Shown here: in pieces, positions 13,081 through 28,430 of the stretch | Layout of the letters: the number at the start of each line of letters is the position of its first letter | How positions within the stretch are numbered: position 1 is the first letter of the stretch | NCBI GenBank assembly: GCA_964016885.1 | Contig: OZ024748.1 | Span: 5,952,001-6,016,000, forward strand | DNA: 64,000 bases | Direction: 5' to 3' | DNA from: Eledone cirrhosa | Lineage: Eukaryota | Position numbers and translations under genes: made by a program | The notes under the pieces: generated by a model | Database searches by the model: none | What the model saw: the letters and a program-made list of their open reading frames with translations, nothing else | What the model was told of the DNA's origin: nothing

Positions 13081-13872
13081 AACACACACATACATACATA
13101 TTTGCGGGTATGGATGATTATCTGTATAAATATTTCATGCTACAATTTTTACGAAATTTGTCTTGATTTTTATTTTGCTTAATTTATTTATTTTTTATTT
13201 TTTCAATCATTTTATTCCACACTTGATTTTTTTTCTTCATCAAATGACTTTAAAGTGTAGTGTCATCTGCCGTGGTCTTTGATGTGACTAGAATGAGCAG
13301 CGTAATGTAGCATATAATTTTTTTGAAAAATAAACATGTGAAGAAATAAAGTTTTGCGGAATATATTAAAAAACATAAATATATAAAAAAAAGTCTGTAA
13401 ATATATAAACGAATGAAAACAAAAACCATCCTAGACTAATTAAAGAAATTAATTGTTTATAAAATATATAATGAGGCTGAACAATACTCTCACCCTCTAC
13501 CCTCTATGAACGGTGTAGAACAGAACGAATGGGAGACAAATTAGTCACTGTGGAGGTCTCAAATTGTGACAAAAGAGCTTTGATAATAAATAAAGGACCA
13601 TCCGGCTATTAAATCAAGTAACTGGAAATTTGTAATAAAGTGAAAATCAAAAGGTGTGTTCATTTGGCAGCATGTCTCTCTCAAAGCAGGCGTTTTCAGA
13701 TAAATCTTGCAAAACAAATACAAAAACGAAGTATATATATATATATATATATATTCAAAGTTACATTTTAAACTTCGCTCCGTTTAAATGATTATTTATC
13801 TAGTTAATTTCTGCGGACTAAGGAGAAGAATAATTGGATATATCTTGTTTGACTGTTCTTCAAACTTATGAT

Positions 13873-13961
<89 letters not shown>

Positions 13962-14393
13962 TTCAAGGCACCATATGTTCTGCACTTCCCTTACCGAGTT
14001 CCACACTTGCTGCATTTCACTTACTGGGAAAGAGTCAAAATATCATTCTCATATTAAACGATAATCTTTCTCACTCTCTCTCTCTCTTTAAGTTTCTCTC
14101 TTTGACCATAGGATCTGGGAAATATATATAACGGCACTGAAATTATTTTGTCTCAAATTGCATTGCAGGGCTTCCTCCTTCTTCGGACTTAATGGTTCGA
14201 CAAACACACCATTCCACTGACCAGAACACACACATACTCTCTTACTCTTTCTCATTCTCATTCTCTCTCTCTCTCCCCCCTCTCTCTATATATATATATC
14301 TCCCCCTCTCTTACTCTTTCTCTCTCTCTTTCTTTATTTCTCACACATGCAATCACACATACACATACACACACACACATATATATATATATA

Positions 14394-14488
14394 GTGGTAA
14401 GATCTCTTATATAAACATTCTTAGCCGTTTCAAGCCAACGAACAACCTGCCATTGCTTACACTGTACACTGCAATCATCAATTACCAC
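14394..14488 (-). ncRNA. Decayed type I hammerhead-like motif abutting (TA)n
   Basis: Minus strand: GTGGTAA TTGATGA ...GAAAC... ATC TTACCAC. Helix I is a perfect 7 bp, but the core has C3->U and helix III is poor. Confidence 0.35.
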
Positions 14489-14937
14489 GATGAATTTTAT
14501 TGCAAGCTGGTGTATCTAATTAGGTGGACTGGACTCTTTGGAGCTAGTACAACACCCATAGGTATGTTGTAACATTAGTAAACATAATACAATTTGCTGG
14601 CGTTCCTCTTGAATTTGCTTAAACCAATCGCCGCTTCAATCCGCAGCGTTCATAAACATGCGAGATTATCAACCTGATAGAATTAAAGGAACGAACGAAA
14701 TACGACAGAACAGTCATTGTTGTTATATATTCATGCAGAAGACTGGATCACCATCTTGGGGAAAAATTCTCACTCGTCTGTTTAAAGGCAATGTTTAGTC
14801 ATGTTATAACTGTGGAACCGGGAATTCTTGTGATTCCAGAATTTATCAGATAAAATTGTATTCTGTTATCCTATTTGGGACGTCAGATAAGGAAATTGAA
14901 GGGGCTGTGAGTTTGAGACAAGATGAAATTATATGTG

Positions 14938-14973
<36 letters not shown>

Positions 14974-15390
14974 ATATCAGGAATATTGGAGAGCAATTTG
15001 GCAACTATTTCTAGCACAACGTAGAATCCCCTTGATAGAGAGAGAGAAAGAGAAAATGGCAGAGAAAACGTGTTAGTATATTTTGATGTTTAAACCAACG
15101 TCAGTCCTGATTGAGTAGACATATGACCAAGAGCTTTCTAACCATGATCATCTCATCTTATTTCAGATATTATCTTGTTGCGTATCTAGGACTACATTAT
15201 TGAATAATGTGGTGAATATACTATATCATATTCATGTGGTATATTTGACAACCATACTTTCTCTTTGTTGTAAACTTAGTGAAAGAAAATCATAGCAGCG
15301 TATATATGTTGTATCTTTGTGCATATTCAGTGATGAAATATCTCACATACATGAGGTATCATTTCACTGCCAAATCTCATATGCTTCAAT

Positions 15391-15481
<91 letters not shown>

Positions 15482-16870
15482 CTCTCTCCCTCTCTCTGCT
15501 CTCTCTCGCTCTCTCTCTCTTCTTGTACATATATATATATGGTAGCGGACAAAACAGCCTATTTCATTTGTTTATGTCCTGTAAAATAGGTTTTTCAAAA
15601 TGAGATCGATGTAATAAGTAGTTGACTTGACAAATAAACTGAGGTCTATGTGATCGATTAAAACTAATGATTGAAACAAGTAAAATAAGAGAAAGTTATA
15701 TTTAATTTTGTGGATTATTATTTTCAAGTCTTCTTATATTCCGTTCACATCTGTTTTAGTACTTTCTTCTACCCAACCCAAACACTATAGTAATCTCTTC
15801 ATAACTCCTTGCAGATTATAGTCAGCAGGTTTACCATCTTTTAACATTAGAGTTCACCGTAGGAAGACTATTTAAGACTGAAGCTAATTTTGTTAAAACG
15901 TCTTGAATTTCTTTATTTGGATTCTTAATAATCAAAATTTAGTTCTTGTTTTATTTCTTATGTTTATGTTTGCGTTTGGAGTTTAGAGTAGGTTCTTTCT
16001 TTTTTTTTGGGGGGGGGGGGGTTTCTTTATAATCCGTGTTTTTGAAAATACAATGATGATGTTAATGGCGTTGCTGGTGAATTTGTAAAGAGAAGGAGAA
16101 TAAAAGGATGGTCTGGATAAAGATGATGATGGCGAGGAAATAGATGATGGGGAAGATAACAATAAGTAGATGACGATGTCGACAATGTGATGAGGGTAAT
16201 GATGGTAATTGTATGAGGTCATCGATATTGATGACGAAAATCGTAATGATCATGATGACGAGGGTAATGATGACAATGACAATGTGATAACGATGATGAT
16301 GATGACGATGATGATGACGATGACGACGGTCATGTGATGACGATGATGATGATGACGATGATGATGACGATGACGATGGTCATGTGATGACGATGATGAT
16401 GATGATTGCATTGACGATGGCGAAAACGATGATAATAATAATGATGATGATTAGGAGGATTATGATGATTAAGATGTTTTCTATAACTGGCACCGTGAGT
16501 GGTTTCAGTGTCAGTGGAGACATTTCGATAATGTATTTATATATATATGTGTATATATATTTTTATTTTTTTCTTAATATCCATTTTGTTTTTCTTCTCT
16601 TCCATTATTCGATTCTGTTACTTCCGCTGGTAACTCTAGGATTGTCAGCATGTTGTAATTGTTGTGGTTAGTGGTGGTCATGGTGGGTTGTCGTAATCGA
16701 TGCTGTTGTTGATGGTGGAGTTGCTGTTGTTATTTTTATTTCTGGTTGTTGTTGTCGTTGCTGGTGTGGTGTTGGCTGTGTATACATATAGGGACACTTC
16801 CACCCAATTTATTGAGCTTGTTTCTATGATAGAACTTAAGAATTAACTCAATACTAGCATACCAACAATT

Positions 16871-17008
16871 GTTTACACTTTAGGCACAAGGCCAGAAATT
16901 ACCCCAGTGCATTTCTGGTGCTTTATTTTCTCACCCCTCAACTCAGAACGTAAAGGACATAACTCTATGCTGTAAAGCATGGTGTCTGATGCTCTACCGA
17001 TACTGACA
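16871..17008 (-). mobile_element. SINE family 1, internally deleted
   Basis: GGCACAAGGCCAG...AACTCAGAACGTAAAG...CTCTACCGATACTG; the central domain is missing. Confidence 0.8.
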
Positions 17009-17720
17009 ACCTATAATAACATCATTTCAGCCATTTCCATCTTATATTTTCCATTTTGCAAATATCCAAGATCTACGTCATTCATATCTCTTACATATTT
17101 CTTTTAAAGACAGTTGGTTTCGATTTGAATGTAATTCGGCTGTTATTTCTAGTAAAATATGTAATCACGCAGAAGGCTTCTTTTTTCCTACTTACATTTT
17201 TATATTAAAACGAGACGATATATAAGTATGTTTTGAGTGTTGCGTTATATATTGCTATTAACAGATCTTCAGAAATCTCATTAACAATAGCGTCTATTAC
17301 TCCCAATTATTCATAGTGGAATTAATAATATATACCAGAATCAGCAAAAATCTAGAACAAAAACAAAATCCCGGGAAATATTAGCTTCATCAACAACCAA
17401 TCAGGATTATTTAGATGTGTCAATTAAAATTCACGTGACTATTATAATTTACAGGTTATTTATATATTCGCAGGAAACTCTGAAAATTGCCAACTACACG
17501 ATATAGGTGACATTCAATTAAAATATAAACATGCGACATTTTCTTATCAACTACCAAGAAGACATTTCGACATATTGTGTTATGTAAAACAAACTTTATT
17601 TCAAACTTATTTTGTAATGGAATTCCGAAATAAAGATTCAATTCCCTATTATAAATAATTAAATAATTACATAACTACACTCTATATAATTAGTTATTAT
17701 TACTTCCCTTCCTCTGCCTT

Positions 17721-17805
<85 letters not shown>

Positions 17806-18231
17806 TCCTCTCCTCCCGTCTCTACGCCATTTTTCTCTTCCTTCCTAAGACTGTAGACCAAACATTTTTCTCCTTTTGGCTACGCTACCGCGCACTAATT
17901 TTCTATTTCTTCAATGTTTTATTGTTGTTATTTTCATTCGTGTAATCCACCGAAAGCCACAATCTGTCCTGTATCTCCCTGTTGTAGTGCGTCCCATGTG
18001 TCTTTGGATGAACAGTATCAACTGTAATGATCCGAAACTACAGGGATTTCAAGAATTAGACTAAAGGGAAAGGACTGTTCTATTAATTTTCCCGTTATCT
18101 TTGTCTTGTGGACACCTATTGTTTATTTCTCTCTCTCTATATATATATTATAGACCACGCACGCACACTCACACACACACAAACACACACACACACATAC
18201 TCACACACACACACACACACACACACACAAA

Positions 18232-18338
18232 TTATTTCACGTTGCTCCTTCTACCTGGATTTGTGACCAATAGATAATATCAGCAATTTGAAAGACCAAT
18301 GGAAGTAATGATTTGGCGAAAGTCGATCGACTGTCGAT
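18232..18338 (+). mobile_element. SINE family 2, 3' part
   Basis: TTATTTCACGTTGCTCC...GAAAGTCGATCGACTGTCGAT ending in (AT)n; reverse complement of the 54432 copy. Confidence 0.75.
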
Positions 18339-18349
18339 ATATATATATA

Positions 18350-18502
18350 GGCTCTGATACCATCAACACTATACACACAGAGCTGGCATATCTAAGAACT
18401 GACTAACTGCCTGATGAGGTCATAGCCATTCAATGGCTATGATTGAAATATATATAGCAGTAAATAAAGGATTATGAGTTCATGCAATTGACTTATGTTT
18501 CG

Positions 18503-18506
<4 letters not shown>
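18350..18506 (+). mobile_element. ~157-bp hammerhead-containing insert between two (TA)n tracts (family E)
   Basis: A unique island bounded by (TA)n, carrying a complete hammerhead followed by AATAAA (18463-18468). Confidence 0.7.
18406..18461 (+). ncRNA. Type I hammerhead ribozyme motif
   Basis: ACTGC CTGATGA GGTCATAGCCAT TCA ATGGCTATGATT GAAA TATATA TA GCAGT. Helix I has 5 bp, helix II has 12 bp (2 G-U), helix III is the palindrome TATATA, and the cleavage triplet is AUA. Confidence 0.85.
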
Positions 18507-18541
<35 letters not shown>

Positions 18542-18985
18542 TTACATACTTCCCAGATTTTCTAGTAGCTTTTTAAATTTGACTGGGCAACAACCTACCT
18601 GGTTTTAGTATTTTTTCTCAATACGTTATTTAATGGTTTTATTTTCAAAACTTTCTCCACCTACCATTCCATTGTCCATTCAACCTTCCGCCATTTTCTT
18701 CTTATAGTCGTCTTCTCAAAATTGATACAAGTACGTCTAGGAAAAGTTTTTTTTTTCCTGACGAATTCAATAATGAATGAAACAAATTTATAAACCTTTA
18801 TATATGTACATAAGTATATATTTATATATTATACATAATATATAAACATATACACACATTTCTATTTGGATGTATGTATATCTATCTATATATCTTTCTA
18901 TCAATCGATCTATCGATCTATTTATCGAAATATATATATACATTCTTCAGCCACCCACACATATATGTGTATACATATGAATATG

Positions 18986-19035
<50 letters not shown>

Positions 19036-20180
19036 TATAGTTATATAGACGTATATATGTATATAAATATATATGTATTTATATATATATATGCATATAA
19101 ATCTATGCATATGTACACATATGTACACATGTGTACATATGTGTGTATGGGTATGCCTAACTTATAAAGTTATATCTATCATATCAGATCACACTTCACA
19201 TAGTTTTCACTTTACACTAGACTGAATGTCCGTTTAAAGCGTTAGAAGACATTTAGATAATCTTTGATTTCCCATGTGACAGTATTCTCTCCCTCCCTGG
19301 CGGCTGTCTCAAATTATCAACGATGATATTTTAGATCTTCTTTTGTTGATGTGTATATTTCATATATTTCTATCCGTTTTATATATTGAAGCGTCTCGGC
19401 TTTACTTTTCTTCTTACCGCCATCTTACTTTCCAAAGATGGCCGTAATTTTTACTTATAAGTTTATACGATGTGCAAACCTGCAGAATCTATTCAATATT
19501 TTCATCTTTTTAACCTATTTTGTATTTTTTATTTGTTTATATATATTTATCTATATATATATTTGTTTTGTTTATTTGCTGGACTAGGAAACGTTTCGTA
19601 TTTTTTCATATTTTCTCGTTCATCGTCCTACGATAAATCTCATGAAATAATATATGTAATATAAGCTAATACATAAAGCTATTCTACTATTTATTTTCCT
19701 TTAACTAGTTTCGGTTATTTGAGTGTGGCCATGCTGGGGCAACGTCGTAAGTCTTAAACGGATTTATTCAATGATATTCCCTCAGACTAGTATTTATTTA
19801 TCGATCTGTTTTTATTGAACCCGTAGGTACGACACACACACACACACACACATATGTATGTATATATATATATATACAATATATAGACACAATATATACA
19901 ATATATATATAAACCCGTAGAGCAAATATTTATAAGAACAGATTAAGTTTAAGCAGCGATTCTTTGCTTAATCTTCTTATAATATATATGCTGTTTTAGG
20001 TTATGTAACTGTTATAGAAACACGTGTCAATAAATTCCTTTCAACTAAACTGTATCCATTCAAATCTTTCTATTTTTCTCCGGATTACTTTTGGAACTAC
20101 AACTGGAACCGTCGAGCAAACTCTACGTGAGCTGATAATCTACTGTGTGTAATATTTATATTACAACACAACGGAAAATA

Positions 20181-20236
<56 letters not shown>

Positions 20237-20379
20237 TATATCCATAGAGTAAATGTTGACTGCGATTCAACTCAAAACCAAGATCTTTACCGTCTCTAAT
20301 ACCTACCGCTAGGCCACCATATTCATAGTAATAGTTTTTCTTTCACTATTATACGAATGAAATAATATAGGAATGATAT

Positions 20380-21010
20380 AGTGGATGAATAAATGAAAGA
20401 TATGGAGAAAGAGATTGAATGAATTTTATAATAAAACTGTAAATAAATGGATGTATGTCGGTGTGGACAAACATGAACAAATAAATACGTGAATGAATAT
20501 GAGAATAAAAGAATAAGTATTCTAATAAACGAATGAATGTACAAACGAAAGAATAAATTATTACATTAATCAATCATTGAAGAGATTCAAGAACGAGAAA
20601 ATGAATGTAGGAATAAATAATGGTCCACAAAAATGGATAAATAATGAATGAGTGAATGAAATTGTCAATAAACGAATGCATATAATTCTGACAATGTACC
20701 TACGAAAAGAATGAAACAATGATTGAATAATCGAAATAAGTATAATCGAATGAACGAACGATCGAACGAAAGAAACAGTGAGAATATATGAATGATTCTC
20801 TGAATAATTAAATGAATGAGCGAAGGGAAGAATGAATGTTGGAATGAATAAATGTTTGTAAGGGTACACAAACGAAAGAATAAATAATCCAATGAAGAAT
20901 TTTAAAAATGAAGAAATATAATTCTATAAAAGAAAGAATAAATATTTGTAAGACAACCAGAACATTAGAATGAATGAATGTATGAGAGAATGAGAGAATG
21001 AATGAAAAAA
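20380..21010. repeat. Decayed (GAAT)/(AAAT) low-complexity tract
   Basis: Recurrent AATGAATGAA/AAACGAATGAA units. Confidence 0.7.
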
Positions 21011-21296
21011 TAAATGCCGAAAGTAATGAATTAGAAGCTAAGCTATCTAGAAATCAATGGCAAGATGTTCAAAGAGAATCTTTAAGGTATTTTCGCTTTT
21101 ATTGGTGTTGATTTAGGAAAAACAAGATGGGTAACCTTTCAGTTTGTTTTTTATTGCATGTACACCGAAAGGATATTTGTGATAGCAATACTGATAACTT
21201 TGTTTATCAATTACCTGTATATACATATCATTGACAGGGAAAGGGACAGCAATATTTACAGGCATACATAAACACAATAATACACACGGACAAATA

Positions 21297-21327
<31 letters not shown>

Positions 21328-22240
21328 CATATATGTAAAAATGCATATATATATATGCATACATATAAGTAAAAAAATTAAAAAATAAAATATATATATA
21401 TATATATATATAGTAAATGTGTGTCTTTATATATATATATACATGCATACAGTAAACAAGCAAAGAAATACTAAATCTTCAAACATGGAAACCTGCTTCC
21501 ATACACTTCAACGGAGTCCGTCTTCCTTTCTCTGTTCCTTTCAATCGTAAATGTGTTTTTTTTGTATTTTAAAATCTTTTTCTCTTCTCTCTATATTCTC
21601 ATTCTTCTGGCTCTCCGAACTCACTGTCCGCTATTGGAATATTATTAATATCCACCAACAGCACTCAGGCAAATACCTCAAATTTCAGCAGCTCTCTCTT
21701 CACATACCTTTGCACTAAATAGCATGTATATATTCTTTCCTATCTAAATATGATTCGTTCTACAACAACTTCCGTTCAACGCAAATATTATAAAAGCTTT
21801 GGCATATTTCTATAGAGAACTAGAGAATTACGAATATAACATTTACAGTGTATAAAATAAAAGGCAATAGTTGAAAGCAGTAAGGCAGTGGAAAAGCATT
21901 CTGCCCCAAATGATATTTTTAGGTTACCTGGTGCGGATAATCTGTCCAAAGAAATAGCAGTGGTCGTATGGTTAAACCTTCCCGACGTAGCTATGTCATT
22001 TCAGGATCAGTCTCACGGTGCAACATCTTGGACACGTATCATGTACATACATAGAATTATTGTGATTCAAAATTCGAAATTTATGTGAATGATAACGTGT
22101 GGAACTTTTTAGAAGCTCAGTTTCTCTTCTTTGTTCTCCCGTTTCATTACACTTCACCCCTTCATTATCTGATCCATGTCATCATTTAGAAAAAGACCTC
22201 TCTTGCAGTGATTCTATTTAATTCCACGATCTGAGAATAA

Positions 22241-22710
22241 TTATTCCCTTTGCCGCTGCCCCTCTTCCATTAAATGTAATGGGTGTAATATATGAAGCTC
22301 GATTGCTCCATACAGAGCTTTACTTCTTCTTGTACTCCATGTCTGTTCCTTCCTGGCATGAGATTTCAAATGGCTGTGAAACACTCGCCCGCAAATAATA
22401 CAATGATGTCTCATCTCGATCTTGTTTCTACTTTGGGTTTGCTTATTGTGTATGTTTAGATGTCGCTTCAGTCTACCTGATTTGCATATTATCTGACATT
22501 GGAACGGATTCTCTACAACGTAGTGTGAATGGACTTTACCATCATGTGCTCGTTGGTGAGCATTCAAGCCAGAATTCGAAAGGTACACTGGATAAGATTC
22601 ATCATTGTTACTGTTTGTCTCATTCTTTCGTAATTTTCTTCTCAGTTTAGCATGTTTTACCCTCTCCATTTCAAATTCTTTTACTCCATCACAAATGGCA
22701 TTTCTTTGTA
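22241..22710 (-). mobile_element. 3' fragment of an RTE-clade-like non-LTR retrotransposon ORF
   Basis: RNAICDGVKEFEMERVKHAKLRRKLRK...SNSGLNAHQRAH...FQCQIICKSGRLKRHLNIH...CIICGRVFHSHLKSH resembles, from memory, the post-RT C-terminus of RTE LINEs (FE..R...KR..RK plus C2H2-like fingers). The fingers carry deletions. Confidence 0.7.
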
Positions 22711-24168
22711 CTGCAGTCAACTAAAATGAAAATAAGTATTAGCGGCTGCTGCCAATTAACTCTTTAAGATTTTTTATATTTTCAGTCACCGGAACGCCCA
22801 TAAAACGGGAATATGTTTGGTATTGATGAGTTTTCGAGCTTGGGGCAGACTTTAAATTATTCTTATCAGCAGTTGAGTTTATTTTACTCCCATTATAACT
22901 AAGTACATTATTTACAAGAAAAGAATAACAATTTATTTTAATCACCGTAATTAACACTACTCTGTATATTTCTGATGTTGAAAACATTTGAAATAATCAT
23001 ATGCACCCATTTACTATATAATTACATGTTCGACTCCCCTTTTAAATGGATTATAAATTAATCATCTTTTTGTTAAACTAACATTTTTGATAGTTAGCTA
23101 CTTACACAAAGGAGAGTAGGTATACTGCAGGTCTATATTTCCGCTGATGATGACTGAGAAACCCGAAACGCTTGTTGTTCCCTTCTTTACTCGGCCAGTG
23201 AATATCTAAATATTATCCAAGTCCTAATATTATTATCATAATCACCGTATTTATCGCATCTGATACTTCATCTGTCGTTTAAAATATCGTATATAAGAAT
23301 CAATCTCTCCTGTCCCGAAGGGCATGTGATGATCTTAGGCACTGCCTATTTCTCTAAACCAACAAAGTAAAATTAAGGTTCTGTGATTAGTGTAGAGCAG
23401 GATATATGCTAGAGATACAAATTACTGTGATACCGTTTCAAGTCTCATTGGTAATCTTATTTCCAGCAAAGGTTAAGTACTTAAAGTATATCCCTAGGAC
23501 ATATATCAAACCTATTTATCCTTCTTATAAATGTAAACAAAACGGCACAAAGAAAAATCTTGATAGTTAAATTACGCCCATAGAGAAGAGAAAACAATGG
23601 CTTTTGCAGGTTTTTAAAGGACCTTTGTATTTCGCATAACAAAGATTGCCGACCAAAACACGTGGGGTCAACTCCTATAATAAGTTAATCAACATTTGAA
23701 ATATTTAAGACTCCTTATTATAAGTGGTTTCTATAATTACATAACGTTTAACATTTTATATTCCCTCTCCTCGAGATTATTATTATTTCGTATTTTTTTA
23801 ATCTCTTCCCTAGTTATTATCGTTCTTTGTGTGGTAAAGTTAAAACGGGATTGAAATCAGACGCTTTGATTCGCTCCGCTGATAAACCCGACAATAACAA
23901 TAAAACCTTTATAAAAGTAATTAGAATTTCTATATTATATCCCGATTTTAAATTGTTAATCACTTTAGCACATATACACATATGCATTCTAACGCATGTG
24001 CATTCGTCCAGGAATTATTTATACACGTACAATAAATTAGATTTGTCGATATATATCCGATGTTCCCGCGTGTATATATGCACGCATGCGTTTTACATAT
24101 TTTGAGCGCAAATAATAACATAAATGCAATTAGAAAATAGAAAAAATATATATATACCAACACACACT

Positions 24169-24234
<66 letters not shown>

Positions 24235-24386
24235 TTCATATACTCTCTCTTTCCAAGCATTGTTCTTCTGATTTTAGGCATTTTCCAACACGCATACATG
24301 CTATATAGATACATGATTACCTACATACATGTATGTTTACATATATGGATATACGCATACATATGTACATATATATCTCCCTATAC

Positions 24387-24474
<88 letters not shown>

Positions 24475-25092
24475 TTATATATTTATTTATATATATATGG
24501 AGAGATAGAGAGATAGATAGATATATATATACGCATACACACACACAAACGCGCTCACTCACACACTCTCACATATATATATAATTGTGTAAATATGTGT
24601 ATGAATGTCTATGTAAATATGGATCTGTCTATATATACGTGCTTGTGTGCTAAATTATATATTTATTAACATATAACGTGGTTCATGTGAACTCATTTCA
24701 AATTAATGTAAAAGAAGTATTTTAATGGAACATGTGATTACATACATATCCTAATTGGAAATAGAATAGTTTCAATTAACAACACAGCTAATCAACTCAA
24801 AGTTAATCATATATGCATATAATAAATATTTGTTTTTGAAATATAATTAGAAAAAATGATTTTGTTTTGTTTTATATTTAAATTTTGCTTTCGCAACATA
24901 GCATTCATATTACTAATTACAATACGTATTCATCTATAATGAATATAAATTAAAACCTCTGTTCCTTTTATTATAACCATTTGTTTCACAAGGTGTTTTG
25001 TTTACCTTGAAAATTGTTGTGTAATGTTTTCACAACAGAGTGGCGCAAAAGTCAATATCCATTTTAAATTTAACTGATTACTATTAATGTTA

Positions 25093-25145
25093 TCACCAGT
25101 AATGCACTGGAGTAATTGCTGGCCTTGTGCCAATAGTAGAAACAT
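25093..25145 (+). mobile_element. SINE family 1, 3' fragment
   Basis: CACCAGTAATGCACTGGAGTAATTGCTGGCCTTGTGCCAATAGTAGAAAC. Confidence 0.75.
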
Positions 25146-26291
25146 TAGTTTCATCATTAACGTTTATTTTAAAGAAAGAATCTTTATAAGCAATCACCAA
25201 ATGTTCCAGAATTGAAGAAGAATATCAGACAATAATTTGTTCTCAAACAGTAAATGTAACCTGAAAGCTTGTGAATATAATATATATAAGACATCTTCAC
25301 ATTAGGAGGTGGTGTTAAAACACCAACAAATTCAATTTGACAAGCTGATGTTTAAAATTAGTACACAAAAACCGGAACAAATACTGCGATGCATTGTGAC
25401 CGAAACTGTAATGATTAAGTTCTTATATTATCCTAGACTTCGATTATATTATATAAATATCCGCTACAATAGACAGTTGATTTCAGTATGGATTTGAACC
25501 GTGAGCACAAAGTGCAGAAAAAAAAATGCTAGGCATGTATTTTACTTTTTAAGGCCTCTGTGAAATAATTTTAAATAAATAACTTAATACTTTTTATGCA
25601 TTTTTATCAAACGCTTTACCATTTCAAAACCGCAACGATTCAGGAACAATGGATTGCATCGAACCCAACACTGGACTGTTAAATAATTATCGATGATGGG
25701 AGGAAGAAAGGCAGAGCTAAATACAATGGGATTTGAACGCATTACCTAACGGGAAGGAATTCAACATGACAGGGTTTGTTATGCCATTTCAAGAATTCAC
25801 TGACCTACTACATTTAAAACCTACAACAATAATCAACTACTTCACGTAAGATAGTATTTATAAAACATTGTTTTAGCAAGTATACTGCGATATATATATT
25901 TATCAACAGAGTTAGTATATGTTATATATACCCTTTAGTTTCTGATGACATTATCTTGAACCTACTTCGAACCGTTGAGAAAGTGATAATCGGGTCAATA
26001 TATATAAATTGTCTTCTATAGAGCTAGGAATACGGAGTATATAAACCCGACAGTTGCCAAAACTGACCTGACAAAATGGCAGACTGTCAGAAGTTAAATT
26101 ATAGTCCCAAGAAACATCTATATATATATACATATGTACTTACGTATGTATGTATGTGTCTACATATGTATGAATATACGTTAAATTGCTTATACTTACG
26201 TATGTATGTTTGCATATATATATATATATATATATTTATACATATGTATGCATATAATATATTCATATATAGACACACTCACACAAACATA

Positions 26292-26371
<80 letters not shown>

Positions 26372-26540
26372 TATAAAGTGTGTGTATATTTATGTTTATA
26401 TATCCTCTGGCCAAGTAAGGTTATGGACAGACATTGAACTCAGGAGATAAAAGTAAATAACAAAGAATACAAGAAATGTGTCTTATTGTTACATTTCAAC
26501 AGTCTACAGGAATAGTAACATCCGAACACACACACACACT

Positions 26541-26637
<97 letters not shown>

Positions 26638-26660
26638 GTATTTATATATATATGTATATA

Positions 26661-26746
<86 letters not shown>

Positions 26747-27693
26747 CCTATACCTTTGGCACAATTGGTACTGACTATGATGATGATGATGCTAATGTGG
26801 TGATGACTTTGTGTTTCTTGTTGTGTCTCTTCATATAAATTTGGATATTCATTATACACTTCACAGGCAAAATTATCATCCTGATTCTACTGATCCACAT
26901 CCTTCACCTTCTCCAAACACACACACACACCACCACCGTACGTGTTTCTATGTGTAGGTGCGTGTCTAATAAAGTGTATATACCTTATATGGAAAGTACG
27001 AGAGCAAGTCTTAAAATATCTCTCATGCTCACGTCGAATACTTTTTGCCTAAAATATGCTCTTATTTTTCTGTAGCACCAACAAATCCCAGAAAAAAAAG
27101 CCCATACAATCATATAGATGTTTTGTAAAAAAATACAAAATGCACAAACAAATAACAGTATTAATAATAACCAAACAACTGCAGGTAAAAAAATAGGAAA
27201 AAATCCACTATCACTACTGACTATATATATTAGCTGAGGTGAACGTAATTCTAGCGAAGTGACCTGTCAGATAGTAAAATAGCGAGTGAACACTAACTTT
27301 AACATGGTCAGATTGCACTCTGCCCAGTAGGCTGGAAGCGATGTATCTGGTTCTATAAACCAAGCATTCGGTCTGGTAAACGAATGTATACTTCTTTACC
27401 CTTTTTCTGTCCCGAGGTTCAACAATGAACTTTCTGTCCGGATTAGAAAGCCACACACTTGTGTGTGTCCGAACTGTGTGACGTTCTTTCCAACCGCAAA
27501 GTTTGCGAAAAGTCCGTTGTTGGATAGCGCAAACAAAGATGGCTGCTGAACAAAATTCCTTTACAAATGCATGAACACACTCACACCTCACCAAACAATC
27601 ACTTATTCTCCCTGCTATTCTCTCTTAATCTCTCTCCCTACACTCACTCACTCACTCACTTACTCACTCAGTCATTCTTTGTGTGTTTATATA

Positions 27694-27802
<109 letters not shown>

Positions 27803-27825
27803 ACACACACACACACACATGTATA

Positions 27826-27883
<58 letters not shown>

Positions 27884-27932
27884 TATATGTATATATACAT
27901 AGAGAAAGATATATACGCATACGCACACACAT

Positions 27933-28005
<73 letters not shown>

Positions 28006-28258
28006 CATGTATTGCTGTCGACCTGTCAGCTTCCATGGATTATTATTTCTAACGCTTCAATCAATACTGATTAACCCTAAACCTACGCTCCGCTAAAGGC
28101 CTTCTGCAAAACCAATGAACTATTCTAACCTTTCATACCAACCGAGATATCCCAAGCCAAGTTTATGTGGATCTTGAGAAACTAAATACTCGAATCAGTT
28201 GCAGGATACGCCAACAAACTTGTGGGTTCTTATCATTGTTGTTGTCGTTCTTATAATT

Positions 28259-28430
28259 CACTGTATCGTTAGAGTGTGTGACGATATGCTTTGTAGCATA
28301 GTTACGTCCCTTTACGGTCTGTGTTCAAATGTCGTGGAGATTAACTTTCCCTTTCCTCCTTACGGGGTCGATAAAATAAAGTACCAGTAATGTACTGGAT
28401 AATTGCTGGCCTTGTGCCAAAAGTAGAAAC
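28259..28430 (+). mobile_element. SINE family 1
   Basis: GTTCAAAT B-box, CCTTACGGGGTCGATAAAATAAAGTACCAGT and the family 3' end. Confidence 0.85.

Noticed and set aside
18752-18796. CTGACGA ATTC..GAAT GAAAC hammerhead candidate
   Set aside because: Helix II is plausible, but helices I and III do not pair; it could be a fossil but cannot be supported.
23138-23195. CTGATGA...CGAAAC candidate
   Set aside because: No convincing helix I or helix II pairing, and not flanked by (TA)n.
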